Below, piece by piece: positions 18,367 to 25,937 of a DNA stretch of 25,937 nt. A program made the position numbers and the translations under genes. A model generated the notes under the pieces. It had not been told where the DNA came from. It was given only the letters and a program-made list of their open reading frames with translations, and did no database searches. The stretch spans positions 1 to 25,937 of the forward strand of contig JAAFKI010000145.1 of the NCBI GenBank assembly GCA_021399345.1, in the 5' to 3' direction. Numbering within the stretch: position 1 is the first letter of the stretch; each line of letters begins with the position of its first letter. The stretch comes from Candidatus Heimdallarchaeota archaeon (GTDB taxonomy: Archaea > Asgardarchaeota > Heimdallarchaeia > Heimdallarchaeales > Heimdallarchaeaceae).

Positions 18367-19876
18367 ATAGCATTCGTTTATGATATTTTTTTCTTCTAGA
18401 AATCGCAGAATATAAAGTTAAGATAGATATTGAGAACCAGATGATTTCCATTGAAACTGATAGATTGTTAGTCTTTGTAGGATCAGACCCTAAGGGGTAC
18501 ATATCAACAGAACGAGCATCACCGTCAATATAATAATCTCCTTTTCCTGAATAATCCATCCACAGGTTACCTTCCTGTAGCACAGGATCGTACCAAGAAT
18601 TATTTTTTCCGTGATCACAAGCTTGGCTAGTTCCACCAATGTTATTATTATAGAATTCATTATGATGAACAACATTGTTCTCTGACCGTAAATCAAATAG
18701 AATACCGTACCCAGTATTTTCATGAATATAATTATAGATAATAGCTGATTCATCTACATTATCACAGAATATCCCAGCACCTTCATTCCTTGCAATATAA
18801 TTTTGGCTCATAAAAACTTCAGAACATGTAGCAAAGTATATCCCATAATATCCAGCACCTATTACATCATTATTGAGGAAAACAATTTTGGATACAAAAT
18901 GAAAAAGTACACTCTGATATCCTCCCTGTGAAAAGTTATTGTAAGTAAAAGTTATATGATCACACGACTCTACTAATAAGTTATATTGAGAACTTGATGA
19001 ACAGGTATTTTCGTTAAAAACATTGTTATCAGAATTTGCTTTAAGTTCAATTCCAATAAATGCGCTTTCAATAGTGTTATTGTATATGAAATTATTAGAA
19101 CTCTCTGAGAAATATATACCAGTTTCAGTTTGGACTGCTTTTATGTAGTTCGAGGATATCTCGGAATATGTTGTTTCTAAGAAAGTAACACCGTTGTGAG
19201 CATCCATAAAATTGTTACAAATTGAAATATATGAGCATAAATAAGTAGTAAAAACCCCCCGAGTTGAGCTTAATATCAAATTATTTTTAAAAACAATAAA
19301 ATTGGCCCTAACGCACGCTAATCCAGTAAAACAAAGCTCAATTTTATTATTATTAATTTCAATATCTTCACAATACGAAAGACTAAAAGCATAACCACAG
19401 TCATAGAAAAAGTTATTTTCGATTCGTATGTTCTTACTCCCTAAGATCCTAATTCCTGTGTTAAATCCATGTGAGAAATCAATTGTATTATTAGAAATAA
19501 TTACTGTTCCACTAACAACATTTCTTAATTGAATTGCATTACTATTATTAGCTGTTATTGTATTGTTTGAGATAATGAAACATTTGGTTGTATCTTGAAT
19601 GTGAATTGACGACCCAGCTGGTGATTCATCAATTAAAATCAAATCTTGAATGAGATAGGGATCATTAATTGTTCCATTTCCTTGGAATCCATAATCAACA
19701 AAATCTGAATCCTCATTGATATTTATGTATGGAAAAGATAAGAGATTCATTTCCTGATTAGAAGCTTGTATATTATTTGTAGAATTGAGGAAATTATTAG
19801 AACTAAGTAATAAAAGTGAAAGAATCAAAACCAGAACCATAAGTTCTTTTTTCTTAAAACGTCTTGCTCTGTTCAT
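18365..19876 (-). CDS. Secreted right-handed parallel beta-helix (NosD/CASH-like) surface protein, paralogue 3
   Basis: Same architecture. ATG 19876 (MNRARRFKKKEL) aligns with paralogue 2 MINVKTFKKREL, so it is preferred over TTG 19903. Confidence 0.88.
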   Translation of the reverse strand: MNRARRFKKKELMVLVLILSLLLLSSNNFLNSTNNIQASNQEMNLLSFPYININEDSDFVDYGFQGNGTINDPYLIQDLILIDESPAGSSIHIQDTTKCFIISNNTITANNSNAIQLRNVVSGTVIISNNTIDFSHGFNTGIRILGSKNIRIENNFFYDCGYAFSLSYCEDIEINNNKIELCFTGLACVRANFIVFKNNLILSSTRGVFTTYLCSYISICNNFMDAHNGVTFLETTYSEISSNYIKAVQTETGIYFSESSNNFIYNNTIESAFIGIELKANSDNNVFNENTCSSSSQYNLLVESCDHITFTYNNFSQGGYQSVLFHFVSKIVFLNNDVIGAGYYGIYFATCSEVFMSQNYIARNEGAGIFCDNVDESAIIYNYIHENTGYGILFDLRSENNVVHHNEFYNNNIGGTSQACDHGKNNSWYDPVLQEGNLWMDYSGKGDYYIDGDARSVDMYPLGSDPTKTNNLSVSMEIIWFSISILTLYSAISRRKKYHKRML

Positions 19877-19904
19877 TCTCTCATTAATAATATGATTGTT
19901 CAAT

Positions 19905-19926
19905 TAATAAATACTATTCACATTTT
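19905..19926 (-). promoter_or_regulatory. Duplicated promoter block (BRE/TATA-like) upstream of paralogue 3
   Basis: AAAATGTGAATAGTATTTATTA on the - strand, 28 nt before ATG 19876. Confidence 0.6.
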
Positions 19927-19931
19927 TTTAA

Positions 19932-20984
19932 CTAACCAGAAAGAAGTTCTTCGACAATCTTTCTCTCGAATTCATAAACTGGTTCACTCTGCCAAACCTT
20001 ATGTCCCAGAATTTCATTAATTCTATGCATGTATTTGTTACTTTGAGCACTACTTGTTCTCCAATACTTTACTTTAGTTTCTTTCAGTAGAGTTAATAGT
20101 GATTGATATTTTACAGCTAACCCTAAACCATTTCCTCTGTGCTCAGAAATTATTCCTGTATCATCTTGCCATGCAATAGCAGGTTGATATTTGTTTATTG
20201 CAACTGTTGTGTAACCTACAGGTTTTTTTGTCTCTTCATGTACCGCTACAAATGAAATAAACTCTTGTCCAGCTTTTCTATTTCTCTCAACAATCGCTTG
20301 ATGACGGTCTACAGTGACATTCATATCCTCTTCTGTCAAGTCTTCTTTAGGCATGTCATTCCAAACTTGTTCAACAATTTTCACAAACTCCCCTTCGTCA
20401 AAATGGGATTTATAATTTCCATCATCAACTCGAACAATTCGATATCCTTTACTTAATGCCTGTTCTCTTTGCTTCTTCGCTTCTCTTTCAACACCATTGA
20501 GATCAACTTCTTCCAAATCAACCATTATGATAACTTCTTCATAACTGTGTTTTTCATTAAATTTCTGTAGGAAATGTTCCCCTGGAGAATGCTTAGGTGC
20601 ATCAGCTCCAACCTTCTTGATTTCTTTGGGTAAGGATTTTACCATTTCCTTGAGAATTCTTGAACCTACTCCTTTCCTTCTTTCTTTAGGAGAAACATAT
20701 AGTCTGAACCATGACCTATCTAAATTATCATACATGGTATTCCAAAAAATAACCCCAAAACCAATTACTAAGTTATTTTCATCCACAGCTATTGCTTTCA
20801 TTTTAGCAGAACCTTTCTCACGAGGAATGTTCCAGAAATTTCTGTAATAGTCCAATGAAGGGGGAAGAAAACCATTCCATTCCTCGTCACACAGTTGTCT
20901 TAAAGCGAAAAACTGCTCATGGAATTTTTCAGGAATATCTTTGTTTTCTCCAATGTAAATTTGGATAGAGGTCATATTCTTCAC
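19932..20984 (-). CDS. Tandem-domain GNAT N-acetyltransferase
   Basis: Two acetyl-CoA motif A copies, VSPKERRKGVGS and TGIISEHRGNGLG; also N.YM..INE.LG. Confidence 0.9.
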   Translation of the reverse strand: MKNMTSIQIYIGENKDIPEKFHEQFFALRQLCDEEWNGFLPPSLDYYRNFWNIPREKGSAKMKAIAVDENNLVIGFGVIFWNTMYDNLDRSWFRLYVSPKERRKGVGSRILKEMVKSLPKEIKKVGADAPKHSPGEHFLQKFNEKHSYEEVIIMVDLEEVDLNGVEREAKKQREQALSKGYRIVRVDDGNYKSHFDEGEFVKIVEQVWNDMPKEDLTEEDMNVTVDRHQAIVERNRKAGQEFISFVAVHEETKKPVGYTTVAINKYQPAIAWQDDTGIISEHRGNGLGLAVKYQSLLTLLKETKVKYWRTSSAQSNKYMHRINEILGHKVWQSEPVYEFERKIVEELLSG

Positions 20985-21075
20985 TTGATAGAAGAAAACA
21001 GTAGTTGTTAATTAAAACTTATGATTTAGAATATATCTTAAGGAAGAACAAATTAACTTAGAATATCTCTTGTTT

Positions 21076-21867
21076 TCAATCTATTTTGAATCCATGCCTT
21101 CTTATCACGTCAATCAAAGGTTCTCTTCCAAATCCTCTTCTAATCATCTTTCTAGAAATATGTTCTGACCAGGAGTATTTATCATAGTCAATTTCGTCTT
21201 TATGTCCTTCAGGAAGAGGAATCTTTGCCTTGTTTTTGATGTAGTATCCTTGAGTAATATATCCCTCATCCATCTCCTTCATGCATTCTCTTAATTCAAC
21301 TTCATTAAGGTCTTTGTAGGAATCCTCAAAAGCGCTGTACTTCAGCGGAAATCTTGGGCGTATTTCTGTCTCCTCTGATGGTTCTGGATATCCTAAGCAT
21401 AAACCAACAACAGGAAAGACTCTTTGAGGTAAATCAAAAACTTCTGCAACTGAATCTGCTCTTTGAGGAATTACACCTAGTAGCACTGAACCCATACCGA
21501 GTGAATCAGCTGCTAGGATAACATTTTCAATAACCAATGTTACATCTTGCACTCCTAACCATAAAGCCATTGAATCATCAAATCCATATTCATGACCTCG
21601 TAGATTCATTATTTTTTCCATCCTCTTCAAGTCAATTAAGAATATCATTAGAATTTTAGTTGTAGGATAAATTCCAACTCCCTTGATTTCCTTCATCTTA
21701 GTTTTATCAGCTGTATAAACAATACTACAAACTTGAGAAGCAAATGGAGCTCTAAAACCTGCTTTTAGAATTTTCTCCAGTTCCTCTTTCTGAATTTCTT
21801 TATCGGAAAATTTTCTGATAGATCTTCTCTGATGTATTACCTTGAAAATATCTGATTCTATTGCCAT
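21076..21867 (-). CDS. Nitroreductase family protein (NfsA/Frp-like)
   Basis: RRSIRKFS, RAP, AADSLGMGSV, LPQRVFPVVGLCLGYP, RPRFP. ATG 21867 is preferred over TTG 21894. Confidence 0.92.
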   Translation of the reverse strand: MAIESDIFKVIHQRRSIRKFSDKEIQKEELEKILKAGFRAPFASQVCSIVYTADKTKMKEIKGVGIYPTTKILMIFLIDLKRMEKIMNLRGHEYGFDDSMALWLGVQDVTLVIENVILAADSLGMGSVLLGVIPQRADSVAEVFDLPQRVFPVVGLCLGYPEPSEETEIRPRFPLKYSAFEDSYKDLNEVELRECMKEMDEGYITQGYYIKNKAKIPLPEGHKDEIDYDKYSWSEHISRKMIRRGFGREPLIDVIRRHGFKID

Positions 21868-21980
21868 ATTATTACCACAATTAACTTGTAACAAGTATTA
21901 CAGTTATCAATTAAAAATATATGCGAGATTTTTAAAAAAAAATTCAGCAACTTTGAAATAAAAAAGAAGAAGATCTATTC

Positions 21981-22436
21981 TTAATCTTCCAGTAGTGTTT
22001 CTTCTGATTTCTTTTCCTTTCTCATTGTTTCTTTTCCACATTCAGGACAATTCAAGCGTCTTGCATCATACACAACCATACAGTCTGAGCATGCAGTAAG
22101 CTTTCTAGCGGCATAATCATCTTCTTCACGTTCCTCCTTAGAAACCATAGGAGCACCTGGTTCAGGAATAACTAAAAATTTGATAAATCTAACAAACATC
22201 AACAATAGACCTATACATACTAGAGAACCAAAAGTAAGTCCCAATATACTACCCCAATGTATTAATTGAATATAAGCCCGTGATCCAGCATATCCTAGAA
22301 AAATAGACCACATGCAAAGTAATAGAACCATAAAACCTAGGTAGATATAAATCCTGTTTTTAATTGATGCCAGTTTTTTTTCCAATTCCTTAATTTTGTT
22401 TTTCTCTTGAAAAAAAATGTCTTCTGTTTCACTCAA
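21981..22436 (-). CDS. Two-TM membrane protein with C-terminal zinc ribbon
   Basis: Short coiled N-terminus, two hydrophobic helices, CSDC-x10-CPECG. Confidence 0.7.
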   Translation of the reverse strand: MSETEDIFFQEKNKIKELEKKLASIKNRIYIYLGFMVLLLCMWSIFLGYAGSRAYIQLIHWGSILGLTFGSLVCIGLLLMFVRFIKFLVIPEPGAPMVSKEEREEDDYAARKLTACSDCMVVYDARRLNCPECGKETMRKEKKSEETLLED

Positions 22437-22501
22437 AGAATTTCTAACTCCAACTAGAGATTATTGAAATTTAGAATTTAAATATTTCCTAAATCAGATT
22501 A

Positions 22502-22873
22502 TCAAGGAATTTCTACAACACAAACTTTTGGTTCAGCGGTTGGATCATCCACACCTAGCGGATAAAGAACAAAGATGACAAGTTCAATCCCTGCAATGGT
22601 TTTATATCTTGAAGTTGTTGACAACCATCCCCTTTCCCCTAACTCTGAAAACTCCTGATGAAGTTTAACATCTAAATCATTCATTAGTTCTACAGCTTGG
22701 ATGGCATCATCTATCGAAAGTGATTTACAATCTGTTTGATCAAAGATTTTCAAAGCAAACTCTTGATAAGGTTTATCTCCTCTCTGATAATGCCCACTAT
22801 TTATTCTGGACTCAATTGCATGATATTCTAGATAATACTCATTTATGCTCATAGCAGGAACTAAGTATTCCAT
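22502..22873 (-). CDS. Hypothetical protein
   Basis: 123-aa ORF that fills the gap between genes, with protein-like composition. No family recognised. Confidence 0.6.
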   Translation of the reverse strand: MEYLVPAMSINEYYLEYHAIESRINSGHYQRGDKPYQEFALKIFDQTDCKSLSIDDAIQAVELMNDLDVKLHQEFSELGERGWLSTTSRYKTIAGIELVIFVLYPLGVDDPTAEPKVCVVEIP

Positions 22874-23015
22874 GTTTATATCTTTGTTGGCTAACTATTT
22901 TGGAGAAAATATAGGCACCTTACCACAAGGTTCCTTTTCTTTGCCACAAGGTTATCATACAAGAACTACGAGTATACAAAAAGGTCCTACCTGTATTTCT
23001 ATTGGAAACTATAAT

Positions 23016-24995
23016 CTATAGTTTTACTATTATTTTTCGAATGAGAATTATAATAACCGGTAATAAGATTAAGAATCCAATACTTCCAAACAAAACAGGA
23101 TAAAAGATTTCAGGTAAGAAATCTCTAGGACACTCAGGTATATGATATCCAGAAGCTTCAAACCATTCAAGTGATTTATCCAAATCATAATCATATTTTA
23201 TAATATTATCATAATAGTAGTAACTGGTTTTTGGATAAACAACACTATGAGAGATAGAATATTCTCCATCGTGTAGTTTTGTATTCATCTCCTCTCTATC
23301 TATACCATAACAGATTGCCTTTCTTACACCAACTCCTAAATTGTATTCTTCTTTTCCTGGAACATCATAATAGATACGATTATTTTCTGCTCCAATAAAT
23401 GGTCTTCTAAAATTGAAGAATAAGATTTCTTGTTCTTGTTGCAGTAGACCCTGGACTTCAAATCTGCAATCTGATTGAATCTGTTTCCGTTCAAATGGCA
23501 ATAGATTTAAAGCATTAGTAAGATCAATTCTACCTTTCTTAAATTCCTCTAATTCAGCTGAAAGATCAGGTATTACTTTGATATTAAAAGTGTCAATAAA
23601 TGGCTTCAATCCTAATTTTCCATCAATTGCACCTTTACCGTACCAGCCATCCCATCTCTTCAGAACAGTTATTGAATTTTTGATAGAATAATCCAAACTA
23701 TATTTACCACAACCAAATGCGGAAGTACTGTAAGCTACCCATTGTGGAGTGAGTTCAATTCCAGGATATAATCCAGTAGTCTGGATACCACCCATTGTTC
23801 CCCATACATAAGGATTGGTGGAATTCAAGAAGAACTCTGGTAGAACAAACCATGGTCTACTTATACTTGCCCACATGTCTGCATATGGTTCAGCTTCAGG
23901 AGTATCTGGGTCACCGTCAATATGAATGTGGAATGATAAATCATCTCCAGGATCAACATAACAATCTGACATCCATTCATGATAACTGGTACTTTCGCTA
24001 GTAATGTTACTAGCCCAAGCGAGATAAGTAAATACAGCATCGTGTGCAGTAACTTGATGACTGGAACCAGTACTTGGTAAACCATCTTTCAATCCGACTA
24101 GTAAGTCTTCACTTGTTAATGGACCTGAGTTAGCATCTCTGTCAGTGGTATCATAAGATGGGTTCCAATAGACATCATCCATCATCCAGAACTGATAATG
24201 GGTTTCATCTATTTGTTCCCATTCATAGACAAGACCAGTTTTTAAAGGAGCAAAACCAGGACTTATTTGGATAATAGGTTCCAATAAAAGACTTGTAACA
24301 AATGAACTTGATCCATCATCTGAGAATAAGGGGTTTAGATCTTTCCAGTTTGCATCTGCAATATTGAACTCTTTTATATCTTCTTGTCCTGTGTGTAGAC
24401 CGTCATATCTCATATATGGAAGGGAATCTACTATTCCCCATTCAGCATTATACCCTTTAGTATTTGACCAAACTGCTTGATAATACTTGGGTGAAAACAA
24501 TGGGAGATAAGGTATAATTTTATCCATTACAAGCTGCTGATATTCGTAGTAGAGAGTTTTTTTTAGTTCAAAATCTACAGTATTGTGAATTTCTTCAAGT
24601 AGTTGATTACTTTGATTTACATAAGGTATATCCGTGTCTATCCCAAAAATATTTAGTGAACCAGAAAGAGTAAACAAATCATCTGGTGAAGGAGGAGTAG
24701 GCCATGGTCCAAAGGATTTTACAGCCTTTATCAAGCCTAAATCATAATTATGAGTTTCTAACAAAACACCCCAAAAAACTGTCCATTCTTCTATTTTCAA
24801 AGAAACTTCTATTCCAATATCCTTCAAATAATCAGCTATATATAAAGCATAATCTGGTCTAATACCTCCTCCATTAGTTTTAATTGATATTTTTGCAATT
24901 GGTTCATGATAAACAAATGAGTTTACTAAGAATTTTGAGCTACTAGAAATCATTAAAATTACAATTAATGAAACTAATATTCTCTTCTTTCTCAT
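23016..24995 (-). CDS. Family-5 ABC solute-binding protein, C-terminally membrane anchored (paralogue of 9057-10982)
   Basis: Shares ADANWKDLNP, KTGLV, TAHDAVFT, LPEFFLNST, SAFG.GK, VRKAICYGIDR, YDYDLDK; signal peptide and C-terminal transmembrane segment. ATG 24995 is preferred over TTG 25001. Confidence 0.88.
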   Translation of the reverse strand: MRKKRILVSLIVILMISSSSKFLVNSFVYHEPIAKISIKTNGGGIRPDYALYIADYLKDIGIEVSLKIEEWTVFWGVLLETHNYDLGLIKAVKSFGPWPTPPSPDDLFTLSGSLNIFGIDTDIPYVNQSNQLLEEIHNTVDFELKKTLYYEYQQLVMDKIIPYLPLFSPKYYQAVWSNTKGYNAEWGIVDSLPYMRYDGLHTGQEDIKEFNIADANWKDLNPLFSDDGSSSFVTSLLLEPIIQISPGFAPLKTGLVYEWEQIDETHYQFWMMDDVYWNPSYDTTDRDANSGPLTSEDLLVGLKDGLPSTGSSHQVTAHDAVFTYLAWASNITSESTSYHEWMSDCYVDPGDDLSFHIHIDGDPDTPEAEPYADMWASISRPWFVLPEFFLNSTNPYVWGTMGGIQTTGLYPGIELTPQWVAYSTSAFGCGKYSLDYSIKNSITVLKRWDGWYGKGAIDGKLGLKPFIDTFNIKVIPDLSAELEEFKKGRIDLTNALNLLPFERKQIQSDCRFEVQGLLQQEQEILFFNFRRPFIGAENNRIYYDVPGKEEYNLGVGVRKAICYGIDREEMNTKLHDGEYSISHSVVYPKTSYYYYDNIIKYDYDLDKSLEWFEASGYHIPECPRDFLPEIFYPVLFGSIGFLILLPVIIILIRKIIVKL

Positions 24996-25090
24996 AAACA
25001 AACCACTAATAATATCACAACAGGCATTTATAATGGTTTTTCAAAAATCTAATTTCCATTCAACTTCTTTTTCAGAACTTAAATCGACTA

Positions 25091-25243
25091 TTTTATATAG
25101 TTAGTAAAGGGGTTGAGCTTAACACAGTATAGGAAGACATACTAAAATTAAGTGTGAAGGTTGATAGGAATTCTTTTTCAGGTTCGGAATGGGTCTTTCT
25201 AATTCACTATTCTACTAAATACTGCTAAAAAAGGTGAATATTC
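25091..25243 (+). promoter_or_regulatory. TATA box, putative ~125-nt structured 5' leader and GGTGA SD site
   Basis: TTTTATAT at 25091-25098; stems at 25118-25152 and 25164-25210; AGGTGA at 25232-25237 before ATG 25244. Confidence 0.5.
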
Positions 25244-25937
25244 ATGTCAAAAGATAGAGCGGTAAGAAGCTCTCAAAAATTCAAACCAACAAATAGATCT
25301 AAAAAACAAGTAAGTTTTAAATCAAGAGAAGGTTCCAAATTTAAATCTGGAACTAAACCAAAAAATCGTTCTAGAGATAGTGGGAAGGAAGAAACAAGAA
25401 TTAGTCGCTCTGGGAGTAGACCAAGTTATCGATCGTCTAACAGATCACCTAGTAGGTCATCCAATAGATATGATTCTGGAAACAGGAGATCATCAGGTGG
25501 AAGACCATCAGACAGGAGATCATCAGGTGGAAGACCATCAGACAGGAGATCATCCGAGAGGGGAAACGTTGAACTTCACACAGCAACTTGTGCTAAGTGT
25601 AAGAAAGAAACTCAGGTACCTTTCAAACCAACAGGATCTAAGCCTGTTTATTGTCGAGAATGTTTTCAAGATCAAAAACCACAAGATAGATCTAGACAAG
25701 AAAGAAGATCTCCTAGTCGCTCTGGGAGTAGATCAAATTACCAGTCTTCCAATAGGTCATCTAATAGATATGATTCTGGAAGTAGAAGACCATCAGAGAG
25801 GGGAAACGTTGAACTTCATACTGCAATTTGTGCTAAGTGTAAGAAAGAAACTCAAGTACCTTTCAAACCAACAGGATCTAAGCCTGTTTATTGTCGAGAA
25901 TGTTTTCAAGATCAAAAACCACAAGATAGATCTAGAC
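25244..25937 (+). CDS. Arg/Ser-rich protein with tandem CxxC-x17-CxxC zinc-binding domains (3' partial)
   Basis: Manually translated, open to the window end: MSKDRAVRSS...RSGSRPSYRSSNRSPSRSS...ELHTATCAKCKKETQVPFKPTGSKPVYCRECF, with the domain present twice. Absent from the ORF track because there is no stop codon. Confidence 0.92.
   Translation, partial: MSKDRAVRSSQKFKPTNRSKKQVSFKSREGSKFKSGTKPKNRSRDSGKEETRISRSGSRPSYRSSNRSPSRSSNRYDSGNRRSSGGRPSDRRSSGGRPSDRRSSERGNVELHTATCAKCKKETQVPFKPTGSKPVYCRECFQDQKPQDRSRQERRSPSRSGSRSNYQSSNRSSNRYDSGSRRPSERGNVELHTAICAKCKKETQVPFKPTGSKPVYCRECFQDQKPQDRSR
25482..25554 (+). repeat. 30-bp coding tandem repeat (~2.4 copies, RRSSGGRPSD)
   Basis: ACAGGAGATCATCAGGTGGAAGACCATCAG at 25482 and 25512, with a partial copy at 25542. 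Confidence 0.92.
25556..25937 (+). repeat. Direct repeat of the zinc-finger exon-like unit, 240-bp period
   Basis: 25556-25697 versus 25796-25937: 142 bp with 4 mismatches by eye. The window ends inside the second copy. Confidence 0.92.

Noticed and set aside
15237-19876. True nosD genes of a nitrous oxide reductase cluster
   Set aside because: No nosZ, nosF, nosY or nosL nearby. The C-terminal anchors and triplication fit generic surface beta-helix proteins.
649-24085. Short ORFs antisense to or nested in longer genes (e.g. 649-876, 3091-3375, 3628-3975, 8194-8433, 11612-11941, 13927-14214, 18490-18753, 23861-24085)
   Set aside because: They overlap well-supported genes and show no motifs, consistent with shadow ORFs.
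25060-25240. 5S rRNA gene on the minus strand, possibly with an expansion segment
   Set aside because: Only the loop C and GTTAAGC words match. Helix III cannot form (AGAAAGA versus CTGAAAA), and no helix I or loop E/helix IV-V domain is visible.
25482-25554. CRISPR array
   Set aside because: The 30-bp units are head-to-tail with no spacers, lie in frame within a coding region, and no cas genes are present.

Overview
This is an AT-rich, gene-dense archaeal-type chromosomal window with about 23 coding regions. It shows TATA-like boxes, several apparently leaderless genes and a GGTGA Shine-Dalgarno (SD) site. The gene families point, by inference, to an Asgard archaeon, probably Heimdallarchaeia: longin-like proteins, a DENN-like protein, C-terminally anchored NosD/beta-helix paralogues, family-5 solute-binding proteins (SBPs) and an expanded wHTH regulator. 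I found no rRNA, tRNA, CRISPR array or transposase. Six things stand out. (1) A longin + DENN-like protein and a second, cysteine-decorated longin protein. (2) An intact ERG4/ERG24 (sterol reductase / lamin-B-receptor) family membrane enzyme. (3) Two orphan family-5 SBPs whose motif order looks circularly permuted. (4) A CoA-disulfide reductase-rhodanese gene collapsed by an in-frame deletion at an RLDE microhomology. (5) A twin palindromic operator between an MFS gene and its divergent regulator. (6) An RS-rich tandem CxxC-x17-CxxC zinc-finger gene, missing from the ORF track because it runs off the window end, behind a structured ~125-nt leader with segments complementary to conserved 5S rRNA sequence. 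All family calls come from motif recognition by eye, not from database searches.
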